A stretch of 64,000 nucleotides of DNA, from the sequence record OQ446694.1. One strand, written 5' to 3'. The position numbers were made by a program, and so were the translations under genes. The notes under the pieces are model-generated. The model saw only the letters and a program-made list of their open reading frames with translations, was not told the origin of the DNA and made no database searches. This DNA comes from Escherichia phage Killian. Positions within the stretch are counted from its first letter, which is position 1; each line of letters begins with the position of its first letter. This document shows positions 50,244 through 61,067 of the stretch, one piece after another.

Positions 50244-50807
50244 TTATTTATCTAGTTTAGTTATTATAGCTTCTGCGGCAGCTTTTAGCTTAGATGCAGT
50301 GTTAATACGATTTTTAATTTCAGTATACGCATCGCCAAGAACATCAAGGCTATCAGAATAAACACTTACACTATTGCGTTCGCTATTTGAAATAAAACCT
50401 TTAGTTTTACGATCAAAATCGGTGTACACGTCTTGAAGATCACGGGCAGCCTTCTTTGCATCATCCAATGCATCAAGAGCTTTATTCAAAGCATTAACAT
50501 ATTTTTTAGTGTCAAACATATTCTTAGAAATTTTAACAGGTGCACGTTCAGGAGTAGCTAAGGCAGATTTAGGAACCTGAGCGCCAGATGCCAATTTCTT
50601 AGAAATTTTGAAAAACGCTTTATTGAATTTATTTTCTTGACTCATCGTAAAAGAACTATTATCGATGTTATACATTTCAATAGCTTTAGCTTTCCACTTA
50701 AGAAAATCGCCACGGTCTTTTGGGTCTAATTGAAAGAATACTTTAGTAAGATCTGCTTCAGACGGTAATTTTGCTGCTTCGGTCAAAAATTCGGCATAGG
50801 TTTTCAT
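50244..50807 (-). CDS. internal protein-like (IPIII-like) with capsid-targeting N-terminus
   Basis: 187 aa; MKTYAEFLTEA N-terminus. Confidence 0.55.
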   Translation of the reverse strand: MKTYAEFLTEAAKLPSEADLTKVFFQLDPKDRGDFLKWKAKAIEMYNIDNSSFTMSQENKFNKAFFKISKKLASGAQVPKSALATPERAPVKISKNMFDTKKYVNALNKALDALDDAKKAARDLQDVYTDFDRKTKGFISNSERNSVSVYSDSLDVLGDAYTEIKNRINTASKLKAAAEAIITKLDK

Positions 50808-50897
50808 TTAAAATCCTTGAAATAATTTATCGGTTGGTTATTAATTATTTATTACTTTGTTATTATCCGCAACAGCATTCTCTATGTGATTCAAACT

Positions 50898-50925
50898 AAA
50901 AAGCCCCAACCTTTCGGTCGGGGCT
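50898..50925 (-). terminator. rho-independent terminator ending the tRNA/small-RNA transcription unit
   Basis: minus strand GCCCCGACC-GAAA-GGUUGGGGC followed by UUUUU. Confidence 0.6.
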
Positions 50926-51235
50926 AAGCCTTGCGGCAACCTTGTCGGGGTTCCACCTGCTAAGGCAAGTGTTTGTACGAAACGCCGGGATTTGAACCCG
51001 GTTATTAAGCAGTTGACGCTACTCAATATTTTTAAAAGGCCATATCTCGACCATATCCGAACGTTCCGTCAAAAACGCTACTCGGCTTACGGCAAAGATA
51101 TTTCCTCGAATCGATAATTCGGTGCGCCGTTTCTGCTGTGATGTAAGAGGGCATCAACAAATCATAAAGATTTATTAACGCAATTCCTTACCCAGGGAAC
51201 ATCAGTCCGACGACTTACCGGTAGCGACCCGGCTT
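50926..51235 (-). ncRNA. putative stable small RNA(s), analogous to T4 RNA species 1/2
   Basis: ORF-free region between tRNA-Arg and a GAAA-tetraloop terminator; contains tRNA-like T-arm CCGGGTTCAAATCCCGG. Confidence 0.35.
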
Positions 51236-51241
51236 CTTGTC

Positions 51242-51318
<77 letters not shown>

Positions 51319-51321
51319 TAA

Positions 51322-51987
51322 TTAAAATTTCATTTTTCGACCTTTAAACCATCCTTCTGGAATTGGGTCAGTTTTCTTAATACGTTTAGAAACTTTTTCA
51401 TCTAATGAATGAATCCACATCATACCAAATTGGGAATTCTTTTCGCCCTGTTGATGTTTATTTCTGGCGTGAGATTCTTTCATTTTATTAATAGTTTCAG
51501 GAGTATGGGTCTTGCCCAAGAAAGATTTAGTATTTAAAAATTTCTCTCTATACTTAGGATTATCCCAAAGCTGTTTAAACCTTTCTGAACCCATTTTACG
51601 ATATTTTTCTTTAAGGTCTGGGTCGTTCTCAAATCTGGTTTTAAAAGCGGCAGCTCCTTTTAAGGAAGCTTCTTTCTTTTTATCCAAATATTCTTTAGTG
51701 TTTAAATGGTCCCAACCACCTTCACCACCTAATTTCAAATTATAAACATCAGGGCGCTTTAAAAACTCTTCAGTCACAATATTCTTTTCTGACTCAAACA
51801 TAGAGGTTTTATCGTCAAAGAACTCTAATATTTCTTTAGAAAAATTTTCTATACCATACTTATCTTGGGCTCTTTTTAATAATTTACCAGAACCCATATA
51901 TCCATCATCTAAATTTTCGGTAGAATGAGCGCCTATATAGATTTTATTATTAATTTTATTTGTTATTTTATAAATGTAATGGAACAT
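51322..51987 (-). CDS. segB: GIY-YIG homing endonuclease (SegB-like) inside the tRNA island
   Basis: 221 aa; YIYKITN...KIYIGA GIY-YIG motif; lies between tRNA subclusters as T4 segB does. Confidence 0.65.
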   Translation of the reverse strand: MFHYIYKITNKINNKIYIGAHSTENLDDGYMGSGKLLKRAQDKYGIENFSKEILEFFDDKTSMFESEKNIVTEEFLKRPDVYNLKLGGEGGWDHLNTKEYLDKKKEASLKGAAAFKTRFENDPDLKEKYRKMGSERFKQLWDNPKYREKFLNTKSFLGKTHTPETINKMKESHARNKHQQGEKNSQFGMMWIHSLDEKVSKRIKKTDPIPEGWFKGRKMKF

Positions 51988-52028
51988 AAATATCTCCTAT
52001 TTCTAAGAGTATTTATGTTCCCAAAATA

Positions 52029-52100
52029 TGGCCCTGGGTGGAATTGAACCACCATCTGGCGATTATGAGTCGCTTGCTTGAACCTTCCAGCTACAGGGCC
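52029..52100 (-). tRNA. tRNA with CAU anticodon (Ile-lysidine type or Met)
   Basis: hand-folded; acceptor GGCCCTG/CAGGGCC; anticodon loop CTCATAA. Confidence 0.6.
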
Positions 52101-52106
52101 TTGATA

Positions 52107-52179
52107 TGCTGATTGACGGAATCGAACCGCCGACATCCTCATTACAAGTGAGGTGCTCTACCTACTGAGCTAAATCAGC
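52107..52179 (-). tRNA. tRNA-Thr (anticodon UGU)
   Basis: hand-folded; anticodon loop CTTGTAA; T-arm GGCGGTTCGATTCCGTC. Confidence 0.7.
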
Positions 52180-52186
52180 GAAATTA

Positions 52187-52273
52187 CGGAGGCGATAGGA
52201 TTTGAACCTATGAGTCGCCGGAGCGACTGCCGGTTTTCAAGACCGGTGCATTAAACCACTCTGCCACGCCTCC
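52187..52273 (-). tRNA. tRNA-Ser (anticodon UGA)
   Basis: hand-folded; long variable arm; anticodon loop CTTGAAA. Confidence 0.7.
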
Positions 52274-52275
52274 AG

Positions 52276-52349
52276 TCTCCGCGGCAGGATTTGAACCTGC
52301 GACATTCTGCTCCCAAAGCAGACGCTCTACCAAACTGAGCTACACGGAG
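52276..52349 (-). tRNA. tRNA-Pro (anticodon UGG)
   Basis: hand-folded; anticodon loop TTTGGGA; T-arm GCAGGTTCAAATCCTGC. Confidence 0.7.
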
Positions 52350-52361
52350 TAAATTAAATTT

Positions 52362-52433
<72 letters not shown>

Positions 52434-52439
52434 AAACTT

Positions 52440-52526
52440 TGGTACGAGAAGTGGGACTCGAACCCACAAGGAAATCATTCCGCAGCATTTTAAGTGCTGT
52501 GCCTTTACCAATTTGACCATTCTCGC
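52440..52526 (-). tRNA. tRNA-Leu (anticodon UAA)
   Basis: hand-folded; long variable arm; anticodon loop CTTAAAA; CCA encoded. Confidence 0.7.
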
Positions 52527-52532
52527 TCTATA

Positions 52533-53165
52533 TTATTTATTACGTGAAAAAGATTGTTCTATCAATTCTGGACACTTTCGTTCTATCCATTTTCTAGCTT
52601 TTTGTGGGCTTATACCTATTATTTTAGCAGCTTTACTAACCCATCCAAATTTAGAATAATCGATTTTAACTAATTCTTCGTAAATTTCATCAGTTAAAAT
52701 CTTTTCATTAATATTTACCAGTAAATGATATAATTTATTATCATTAGCAATTTTAATGAATCTTTTATAGTTTCCGCCTTTACTTAAACCTAATGAAGTA
52801 ATTGCAGATGATATAGTAGCCGAATTTAATAGTGCGTTTAAAATTTCTTCATCACTAACATTATAACGCTTTTTATTATTTTTAATATTTTTACCAGCAA
52901 AAGTATCAGTTTGCGAATGGCAATTTGGACATAATAATCTTAAATTTGATTTAAGATGATTTTTGTTATTTCCATCAATATGGTCTAATTGCAGAACAAT
53001 ATGCTTATTTTGCCATTTTGAAATTTTACAAATTGCACACTCATATGGAAAAATATTTTCTTTTATTATTTTGTCTTTCAGCTTTCCTGTACTAAAATTT
53101 GGATGTTTTCCTTCAAAAATTTCAGCTAATTTAGTATCCATAATATAATTCCCAATTATTAACAA
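52533..53165 (-). CDS. HNH homing endonuclease
   Basis: 210 aa; CxxC...HIDGNNKNH...CPNCH HNH/Zn motif; abuts tRNA-Leu. Confidence 0.65.
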   Translation of the reverse strand: MLIIGNYIMDTKLAEIFEGKHPNFSTGKLKDKIIKENIFPYECAICKISKWQNKHIVLQLDHIDGNNKNHLKSNLRLLCPNCHSQTDTFAGKNIKNNKKRYNVSDEEILNALLNSATISSAITSLGLSKGGNYKRFIKIANDNKLYHLLVNINEKILTDEIYEELVKIDYSKFGWVSKAAKIIGISPQKARKWIERKCPELIEQSFSRNK

Positions 53166-53240
53166 AGGCTCTCAAGCAAGAACCCTTGATGATAGAGGGT
53201 ATTAATCAGTGCGATATGAGTTAATAATAACAAATAATTC

Positions 53241-53756
53241 TTAAAGCAAATTAAACATTTTAACGGTCGGCAAAACAATTTCTTCTTCTATATAAGAGTA
53301 TTTAACACTCTCAACTACACGCAAAAAATCATAATCATAATACTCAGAAGCATTACCTAAAATATTAATAAGTCCTTCAAGCACCTTATTACTATTCACA
53401 AAGAATAAGTCAAATACACGTTCTTCATCTTCTTCAGATTTATTACCAAGATCAACTTCTATGCGAAAGACCTTTTTAATGAATTCTGGATAAAGCTGGT
53501 CTGAGAACAGTCCTTCAACCAAGTATTCATAAATAAAAAGAGATTGCTCGCTGAACAAACCATTACCGCAATAGCGCTCAATTTTAGTACTAGAATATCT
53601 GCTTTTAAATTTCTTTAAAAGATACTGAAATTGTAAGATTTCATGCTCTTCTACGCCAAACAGTGTTTTAGTTTTATAGTTGTCACCATCATTTTCCCAG
53701 GTAGTGACATCAATTACGTAGCCCTGCGGAATTGTAGTACCTAAACAAATATTCAT
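53241..53756 (-). CDS. hypothetical protein
   Basis: 171 aa ORF. Confidence 0.45.
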   Translation of the reverse strand: MNICLGTTIPQGYVIDVTTWENDGDNYKTKTLFGVEEHEILQFQYLLKKFKSRYSSTKIERYCGNGLFSEQSLFIYEYLVEGLFSDQLYPEFIKKVFRIEVDLGNKSEEDEERVFDLFFVNSNKVLEGLINILGNASEYYDYDFLRVVESVKYSYIEEEIVLPTVKMFNLL

Positions 53757-53759
53757 TTT

Positions 53760-54050
53760 TCACCACGCTGCGTTAATGTAAGTATATTTAATACATTCAA
53801 GACCCAAAGGATTCTTGAAAATATCATATTCAAGAGGACCTTTTTCTGTTTCAATAAAGAAATCAAAATTTACTGTATTAAATTTACGTTCTTCCTTCAC
53901 TAATTTAACTTGAGAAGATGAACGGTCAATGTAAACCCTTTCAACTTCAAAACATGTTAAAATGCCATAATCATCAATCAAAGCTTTAGCCGCGTCTTGA
54001 TCATATTTATATCCATTTTCAATGGATGATACTTTCGCATAAAGAATCAT
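53760..54050 (-). CDS. hypothetical protein
   Basis: 96 aa ORF. Confidence 0.45.
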   Translation of the reverse strand: MILYAKVSSIENGYKYDQDAAKALIDDYGILTCFEVERVYIDRSSSQVKLVKEERKFNTVNFDFFIETEKGPLEYDIFKNPLGLECIKYTYINAAW

Positions 54051-54052
54051 TA

Positions 54053-54451
54053 TCAGCCTTCATCAACAATAGTGTGAGTATTGGCATTTACGATTTGCCA
54101 CCAGTCAAATCGATTAGAACCCATCGGTTTGTTTTCATTTTCTTTGATAATGTCACGGAGTTCATCTTCAGAGAATGCTTTAGCGATTAAATCGGTATAC
54201 CCACCACGGGGATAATAATTATCACCTGCAAACAAAAGGAAATTTACCTTCCCGGAAGCAACATATGCTTCCTTAGGATACTTGTTTCCTGCGTGGTCAA
54301 CCACTTCAATATAACGGTAAGGAATATCGGTTCTTTCAACCCATTGCCATGCCGCCGCAGGGGAATCGAAAGCATCTACACCTAAACGATTATCTTCATC
54401 TTTAGACGGATTATTTTCGTAATCCGCATATACATAATATTCAACGTTCAT
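54053..54451 (-). CDS. hypothetical protein
   Basis: 132 aa ORF. Confidence 0.45.
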   Translation of the reverse strand: MNVEYYVYADYENNPSKDEDNRLGVDAFDSPAAAWQWVERTDIPYRYIEVVDHAGNKYPKEAYVASGKVNFLLFAGDNYYPRGGYTDLIAKAFSEDELRDIIKENENKPMGSNRFDWWQIVNANTHTIVDEG

Positions 54452-54636
54452 TATTCACCTTTAGAAATTTTATCCATAACGATAGCAATTAAACCAATTA
54501 AAAATGCTACTACAAGTGAAAAAACATTTTCTGCCGTAGTCAATAATCCGCATATAAATCCAACAAACATTGAAAAACTGAAAGCGGAAGCAGAAATTGC
54601 AATAGCAACATTTCGAATTAATTCACAACGTTTCAT
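54451..54636 (-). CDS. small membrane protein
   Basis: track ORF 54451..54777 trimmed to MKRCEL start downstream of a promoter. Confidence 0.4.
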   Translation of the reverse strand: MKRCELIRNVAIAISASAFSFSMFVGFICGLLTTAENVFSLVVAFLIGLIAIVMDKISKGE

Positions 54637-54659
54637 TTTATTCTCCTCAGTAGTTGATA

Positions 54660-54697
54660 GGGTAATAGTATCACTACCCCATCTAAAAGTAAACTTA
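54660..54697 (-). promoter_or_regulatory. T4-type early promoter (IP locus family)
   Basis: TTGATAGGGTAATAGTATCAC...GTAAAC cassette. Confidence 0.5.
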
Positions 54698-54928
54698 TTT
54701 TTTACGAAAAATTGATTTATTTTCTGCTGCCCATTTTTCAATAACTGCAACAGGACCAGTAACAACAATTTTATCACCGTAATCTTCTGCGGCGAGTTGA
54801 CCGAAATTATCTAATGCATCACGAAGAACTCCATGAGGCATTTCACCCATTTTATCTTTCTTGCCGGTGTAAATAAACTCAGCTTTTACATCAGAAGATT
54901 CAGCGATAAACTCTTTGAAAGTTTTCAT
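54695..54928 (-). CDS. internal protein-like (ipI-locus family) with capsid-targeting N-terminus
   Basis: MKTFKEFIAES start (second Met of track ORF 54695..54940). Confidence 0.55.
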   Translation of the reverse strand: MKTFKEFIAESSDVKAEFIYTGKKDKMGEMPHGVLRDALDNFGQLAAEDYGDKIVVTGPVAVIEKWAAENKSIFRKK

Positions 54929-54957
54929 TTTGATTTCCATTTGGTTTTGTTTTGATA

Positions 54958-54994
54958 GGGTAATAGTATCACAGCTAAAACCCTATGTAAACAA
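54958..54994 (-). promoter_or_regulatory. T4-type early promoter (IP locus family)
   Basis: cassette repeated before each IP-like gene. Confidence 0.55.
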
Positions 54995-55004
54995 CTTTGT
55001 GAAA

Positions 55005-55262
55005 TTATTTTAAATCTTCTAATCGTTTCTTCATCTTAGAACCATTCTTAGCGATTTCTCCTGCATCAGAGCATAATGCTAAAAGCGCTTTAACTTTAGT
55101 TTGGTCTCCTTTAAAAGATGAAGGATCGACTGCAGCAGCAAGTTCTTTAATACGAGAGAAAAGACGCTCGGCTTCAGCTAAAGCCATTCCAAGCTTTACT
55201 TCCATACCGTGGGAAGATTCAGTGATAGTAGTTTTTGTAGCAAACTCTTTGAAAGTTTTCAT
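55005..55262 (-). CDS. internal protein-like (ipI-locus family) with capsid-targeting N-terminus
   Basis: 85 aa; MKTFKEFATK N-terminus; own early promoter. Confidence 0.55.
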   Translation of the reverse strand: MKTFKEFATKTTITESSHGMEVKLGMALAEAERLFSRIKELAAAVDPSSFKGDQTKVKALLALCSDAGEIAKNGSKMKKRLEDLK

Positions 55263-55287
55263 TTTATTTTCCTAATTAATTTTGATG

Positions 55288-55324
55288 AGGTAATAGTATC
55301 ACTACTAAAACCCCGTGTAAATAA
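55288..55324 (-). promoter_or_regulatory. T4-type early promoter (IP locus family)
   Basis: cassette repeated before each IP-like gene. Confidence 0.55.
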
Positions 55325-55334
55325 CTTTGTGAAA

Positions 55335-56019
<685 letters not shown>

Positions 56020-56020
<1 letters not shown>

Positions 56021-56745
56021 TATAGTACCTTTAGTGTATTTTTAATTTTAGAAAAAAGTTCTTCAAGAGAACCATCGTTTGTAATTACTAAATCGCCATC
56101 ACGAATTGGCAATCCAGCTTCTGTAATATGAGTATCATTGGATTTTTGACCAGGACGAACTACATGAATTACTGTAGCACCCATCGCCCTAGCCGCATCC
56201 ATTTCATGGTCTTGACGAGTATCAGGAACGATATAATAATCATAACCTGAGTTAAATTTATCAAGATAATCTAAAGCAAATAATTTTACCCAATACATGC
56301 GGTCGAAGTTATTAACAATCAAATCCGTACCTAGGGCTTGCATCAGACGACGGACTGACCATTGATCTTCAATATTATTTATAACGTCAGCAATCTTGTT
56401 AAATGCTACGAAAGTAACCGATTCTTTTCCTTCGTCATCAAAAACAAACACGCCTTTAATTGGGCTTTTACTATTAAGATAGCAAAATGCTTGTTCCATA
56501 ATCGTAATTACTTCTAATTTAGTCAGATTTAAATTAGTCTCGCGATCATAGTCAATTCCTTCAAACTCTTTACGAGTTAAACAAGGATAGTCAGTGTTTG
56601 CTGCAAATACGCCCCATGCATAAGCCAATGCATCTTTAATAGGACCAGCAAGTTGATATTTAACTGCAGAATAATTATTCATGATAAAATCTGCAGTAGT
56701 ATCTTTTCCACTACGCTTTACACCACTTAAAAAGATTAGTTTCAT
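56020..56745 (-). CDS. 1: deoxynucleoside monophosphate kinase gp1
   Basis: 241 aa; P-loop GVKRSGKDT; T4 length. Confidence 0.9.
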
Positions 56746-56794
56746 ATGTTTCTCCTCAAATTTAGTTAAGATTATAACATATGAAACTGAAGCA

Positions 56795-57325
56795 TTAAAC
56801 TTCTGCTATAATTTTGCCATCTTTTTCTACTTGAAAATACGTATAAGGAATCGTTGCTGTACATACTAAAGCCGGGTCTGAATCTTCCGTGTAGCTAAAT
56901 TCTACTTCAGACAGGTCAGAAACCCAAGGCTTATAAAAATTTATTGACATCACGATTTCAGTTTTACTATTATCTAAAATGTAAAGCGTAATGTATTCAG
57001 GACCTGTTTTTTGGGCAGTATTTTCACCTGTAAGATAGTTACTAGTTCCTAGCATCCATTCATACATTCCTATCCACGACTTAAGTTCTTCATCAACTAT
57101 AAATCTCACAATGAGTGGGTCGTACTCAAATGTAACACCTGGACGTTGTGCTCGGCCTAGTCCAAACGGCCCAGTCACGGTATCAGTAACAGGTATCCTA
57201 ATTCCTGGAATAGGAACTGACTGAGCATTTAAAGTAAAAGCAGATGTAGTATTACTATGTGGTATTGATACTACAAAGTTAGTTGTATTTGCTTGGTTAA
57301 AAATTTGTTGCAGAGCTTGTGACAT
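56795..57325 (-). CDS. 3: gp3 tail completion / sheath stabiliser
   Basis: track ORF 56795..57406 trimmed to MSQALQQIF start, giving the 176 aa I recall for T4 gp3. Confidence 0.8.
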   Translation of the reverse strand: MSQALQQIFNQANTTNFVVSIPHSNTTSAFTLNAQSVPIPGIRIPVTDTVTGPFGLGRAQRPGVTFEYDPLIVRFIVDEELKSWIGMYEWMLGTSNYLTGENTAQKTGPEYITLYILDNSKTEIVMSINFYKPWVSDLSEVEFSYTEDSDPALVCTATIPYTYFQVEKDGKIIAEV

Positions 57326-57431
57326 ATATTCCTCATAATGCTTTATAAATGTTGGTGGTATAATGGGTTTAAGTCCCTTCCATTCAATTCCAATTAGAAC
57401 AAACAATAGAAAAGAATGGAAGATAATAGAA

Positions 57432-58256
57432 TTAGATATTTGACCAGACTTTGTTTGCAGAGAAACGTTTTCCTTTTGAAACGAACTGCTGAAGTGGCAT
57501 TAATACAACGTTCGCCCAGTCTTTCGGGGCGATTTCAACTAGGCTACCCATAATATTACCAGGTATATATGCCTTAATCATTTGGTCTGCACCCCTAAAT
57601 CCTTTCACTTGACTCCAATCAATTTTTAATTTCGTTTTATTAGTAATAGTAGGTGTATTTGAATATTGCTTTAAAAGCTCTTCTAGAAATTGCTGACGAG
57701 CTTTAGGTGGAATATAGTGCAAGTTCAATCCATACATTAAATTATGTTTACCTAAACCGAGGTAAATTATCAAAGGAAATTTATCCCAATAAGGAAGAGT
57801 TTCTTTGTGTTTAGCATCATAAGCAAAAGCATATATTCGTCCCGGCTGCGGGCGAACAACCTTATGTCCTTTTACTTGCTTAATAGTTTCAGCAAACCAC
57901 TTTCTGGTTTTATTATTAATTGCTGCACCTTCATTACGAATTTTATCACGCAATGTTTGCCTGAATGAATTTATCATAAGCAGTTGTCTTTCTTGCTTAT
58001 TGAGTTTATTCATTGGTTTTGATTCAAGCTTTTGAATCTTTTCAGCTGTTTTAATTCCTGAAGCATATTTTGACATTGCTGAAGTAAACGTAGAGTATTT
58101 GATTCCTCTTTCTTCAGCAAATTGCTTTCCTGTCATTCCTTTTGCTTTGGCCTTTTTGTATTCAAGACCTATCTGAATCCATTTCTTTTCGTTTAATGAT
58201 TGCTTAACCTTTGGAACTTGGGGAGTGCTTTCATTAATTATTTGAAAAATAGCCAT
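57432..58256 (-). CDS. 2: gp2 DNA end protector protein
   Basis: 274 aa; T4 length and position. Confidence 0.85.
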   Translation of the reverse strand: MAIFQIINESTPQVPKVKQSLNEKKWIQIGLEYKKAKAKGMTGKQFAEERGIKYSTFTSAMSKYASGIKTAEKIQKLESKPMNKLNKQERQLLMINSFRQTLRDKIRNEGAAINNKTRKWFAETIKQVKGHKVVRPQPGRIYAFAYDAKHKETLPYWDKFPLIIYLGLGKHNLMYGLNLHYIPPKARQQFLEELLKQYSNTPTITNKTKLKIDWSQVKGFRGADQMIKAYIPGNIMGSLVEIAPKDWANVVLMPLQQFVSKGKRFSANKVWSNI

Positions 58257-58708
58257 TATGCCCCCTTAAAGCCAAGAGCTCGTAATCCATCTTCTGTTAA
58301 AATTCTAAATTTTATTCCACGCTTTTCAGCTAAAGCTTGTGCTGCTTTCCATTTGTCAGTATTAACGGAATATGTATAAATTTCATTCATAAATCTTTTC
58401 TTCGCTGCAGTTGTTAGATGTGCTGGTTTAACTGGTGGTTGTGTTTCTTTTTTAGGTTTTATTTCAATAAAAAATTCTTGTCCAGAAGAATCTTTCATCC
58501 AAATATCCATGAAGTATCTACGTTTTTTCCCTTCTGCATTACAAAAATAAGGAATTACTGCCGTTTCACTACCCCATGCAATAATTTCTGGATTTTTATC
58601 TAACCATTCAAAAAAGAATTTTTCCCAATTTGATCTATACGTAATTTTTTTAGGGTCACCTCTATATTTTGATATATTTTTAGGAACCCATTTTCCAGAA
58701 TATGCCAT
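58256..58708 (-). CDS. 4: gp4 head completion protein
   Basis: 150 aa; T4 length and position. Confidence 0.85.
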   Translation of the reverse strand: MAYSGKWVPKNISKYRGDPKKITYRSNWEKFFFEWLDKNPEIIAWGSETAVIPYFCNAEGKKRRYFMDIWMKDSSGQEFFIEIKPKKETQPPVKPAHLTTAAKKRFMNEIYTYSVNTDKWKAAQALAEKRGIKFRILTEDGLRALGFKGA

Positions 58709-58719
58709 TGGATTCTCCT

Positions 58720-58727
58720 TATAAATA
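58720..58727 (+). promoter_or_regulatory. late promoter TATAAATA for gene 53
   Basis: exact late consensus about 30 nt upstream of the gene 53 ATG. Confidence 0.7.
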
Positions 58728-58734
58728 GATAATA

Positions 58735-58742
58735 TATTTATA
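58735..58742 (-). promoter_or_regulatory. late promoter TATAAATA for gene 4 (divergent from gene 53)
   Basis: plus strand TATTTATA; about 30 nt upstream of the gene 4 start. Confidence 0.65.
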
Positions 58743-58755
58743 AACAGGAGGGCCC

Positions 58756-59346
58756 ATGCTCTTTACATTTTTTGATCCGATTGAATATGCGGCCAAAACG
58801 GTGAATAAAAACGCGCCGACTATTCCTATGACAGATATTTTTAGAAACTATAAAGACTATTTCAAACGTGCTCTTGCGGGATACCGCTTACGTACTTATT
58901 ATATTAAAGGTTCACCGCGCCCGGAAGAATTAGCAAATGCTATATATGGAAATCCGCAGTTGTATTGGGTTTTATTGATGTGTAATGATAATTATGATCC
59001 GTATTATGGATGGATTACTTCGCAAGAAGCTGCTTATCAAGCATCTATACAAAAATACAAAAACGTAGGTGGAGACCAAATAGTATATCATGTGAATGAG
59101 AACGGTGAAAAATTTTATAATTTAATATCATACGATGATAATCCATATGTTTGGTATGACAAAGGCGATAAAGCTAGAAAATATCCTCAATATGAAGGAG
59201 CACTTGCTGCGGTCGATACGTATGAAGCTGCTGTTCTTGAAAATGAAAAACTTCGTCAAATAAAAATAATAGCAAAATCAGACATCAATTCATTTATGAA
59301 CGACCTTATACGTATAATGGAGAAATCTTATGGAAATGATAAGTAA
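58756..59346 (+). CDS. 53: gp53 baseplate wedge protein
   Basis: 196 aa; first plus-strand late gene; T4 length. Confidence 0.9.
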   Translation: MLFTFFDPIEYAAKTVNKNAPTIPMTDIFRNYKDYFKRALAGYRLRTYYIKGSPRPEELANAIYGNPQLYWVLLMCNDNYDPYYGWITSQEAAYQASIQKYKNVGGDQIVYHVNENGEKFYNLISYDDNPYVWYDKGDKARKYPQYEGALAAVDTYEAAVLENEKLRQIKIIAKSDINSFMNDLIRIMEKSYGNDK

Positions 59347-61057
59347 TAACCTTAATTGGTTTGTTGGTGTTGTTGAAGATAGAATGGACCCATTAAAATT
59401 AGGTCGTGTTCGTGTTCGTGTGGTTGGTCTGCATCCACCTCAAAGAGCACAAGGCGATGTAATGGGTATTCCAACTGATAAATTACCGTGGATGTCAGTT
59501 ATTCAACCTATAACTTCTGCAGCAATGTCTGGAATTGGAGGCTCCGTTACTGGTCCGGTAGAAGGAACTAGAGTCTATGGTCATTTTTTAGACAAATGGA
59601 AAACTAACGGAATTGTCCTTGGCACGTATGGTGGAATAGTTCGCGAAAAACCTAATAGACTTGAAGGATTTTCTGATCCGACTGGACAGTATCCTAGACG
59701 TCTAGGAAATGATACTAACGTATTAAACCAAGGCGGAGAAGTAGGATATGATTCGTCTTCTAATATTATCCAAGATAGCAATCTAGACACTGCGATAAAT
59801 CCTGATGATAGACCACTATCAGAGATTCCAACTGATGATAATCCAAATATGTCAATGGCTGAAATGCTTCGCCGCGATGAAGGATTAAGACTAAAAGTTT
59901 ATTGGGATACTGAAGGATATCCGACAATTGGTATTGGTCATCTTATCATGAAGCAGCCAGTTCGTGATATGACCCAAATTAATAAAGTTTTATCAAAACA
60001 AGTTGGTCGTGAAATTACCGGAAATCCAGGTTCTATTACAATGGAAGAAGCGGTAACTTTATTTGAACGTGATTTGGCTGATATGCAACGTGACATTAAA
60101 TCACATTCTAAAGTTGGCCCAGTTTGGCAAGCAGTTAATCGTTCTCGTCAAATGGCATTAGAAAATATGGCATTTCAGATGGGCGTTGGCGGTGTAGCTA
60201 AATTTAACACAATGTTAACTGCTATGTTAGCCGGAGATTGGGAAAAGGCATATAAAGCTGGTCGTGATTCATTGTGGTATCAACAAACAAAAGGCCGTGC
60301 ATCTCGTGTTACCATGATTATTCTTACAGGTAATTTGGAATCATACGGTATTGAAGTGAAAACACCGTCTAGGTCTTTGTCAGCAATGGCTGCTACTGTA
60401 GCAAAGTCTTCTGATCCAGCTGATCCTCCTATTCCGAATGATTCGAGAATTTTATTTAAAGAACCTGTTTCTTCATATAAAGGTGAATATCCGTATGTTC
60501 ACACGATGGAAACTGAAAGCGGTCATATTCAGGAATTTGATGATACCCCTGGGCAAGAACGATACAGATTAATTCATCCGACTGGAACATATGAGGAAGT
60601 ATCACCCTCAGGAAGAAGAACAAGAAAAACTGTTGATAATTTGTATGATATAACAAATGCTGATGGTAATTTTTTGGTAGCCGGTGATAAAAAGACTAAC
60701 GTCGGTGGGTCAGAAATTTATTACAACATGGATAATCGTCTCCACCAAATAGATGGAAGCAATACAATATTTGTACGTGGCGATGAAACTAAGACGGTTG
60801 AAGGTAATGGAACTATCTTAGTCAAAGGTAATGTTACTATTGTAGTTGAAGGTAATGCTGACATTACAGTTAAAGGAGATGCTACCACTTTAGTTGAAGG
60901 AAACCAGACTAATACAGTAAATGGAAATCTTTCTTGGAAAGTTGCTGGGACAGTTGATTGGGACGTTGGTGGTGATTGGACGGAAAAAATGGCATCTATG
61001 AGCTCTATTTCATCTGGTCAATACACAATTGATGGATCGAGGATTGACATTGGCTAA
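59330..61057 (+). CDS. 5: gp5 baseplate hub with lysozyme domain (cell-puncturing device)
   Basis: 575 aa; central lysozyme domain similar to gene e product; C-terminal VxGxxxxx beta-helix repeats. Confidence 0.95.
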   Translation: MEMISNNLNWFVGVVEDRMDPLKLGRVRVRVVGLHPPQRAQGDVMGIPTDKLPWMSVIQPITSAAMSGIGGSVTGPVEGTRVYGHFLDKWKTNGIVLGTYGGIVREKPNRLEGFSDPTGQYPRRLGNDTNVLNQGGEVGYDSSSNIIQDSNLDTAINPDDRPLSEIPTDDNPNMSMAEMLRRDEGLRLKVYWDTEGYPTIGIGHLIMKQPVRDMTQINKVLSKQVGREITGNPGSITMEEAVTLFERDLADMQRDIKSHSKVGPVWQAVNRSRQMALENMAFQMGVGGVAKFNTMLTAMLAGDWEKAYKAGRDSLWYQQTKGRASRVTMIILTGNLESYGIEVKTPSRSLSAMAATVAKSSDPADPPIPNDSRILFKEPVSSYKGEYPYVHTMETESGHIQEFDDTPGQERYRLIHPTGTYEEVSPSGRRTRKTVDNLYDITNADGNFLVAGDKKTNVGGSEIYYNMDNRLHQIDGSNTIFVRGDETKTVEGNGTILVKGNVTIVVEGNADITVKGDATTLVEGNQTNTVNGNLSWKVAGTVDWDVGGDWTEKMASMSSISSGQYTIDGSRIDIG

Positions 61058-61067
61058 TATACTTCCA

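Noticed and set aside
53166-53240. Possible eighth tRNA (Gln) upstream of the HNH gene
   Set aside because: No acceptor stem or T-arm could be folded from this segment by eye
56795-57406. 203 aa version of gp3
   Set aside because: Extra 27 N-terminal codons lack a ribosome-binding site; internal MSQALQQIF start gives the 176 aa I recall for T4 gp3
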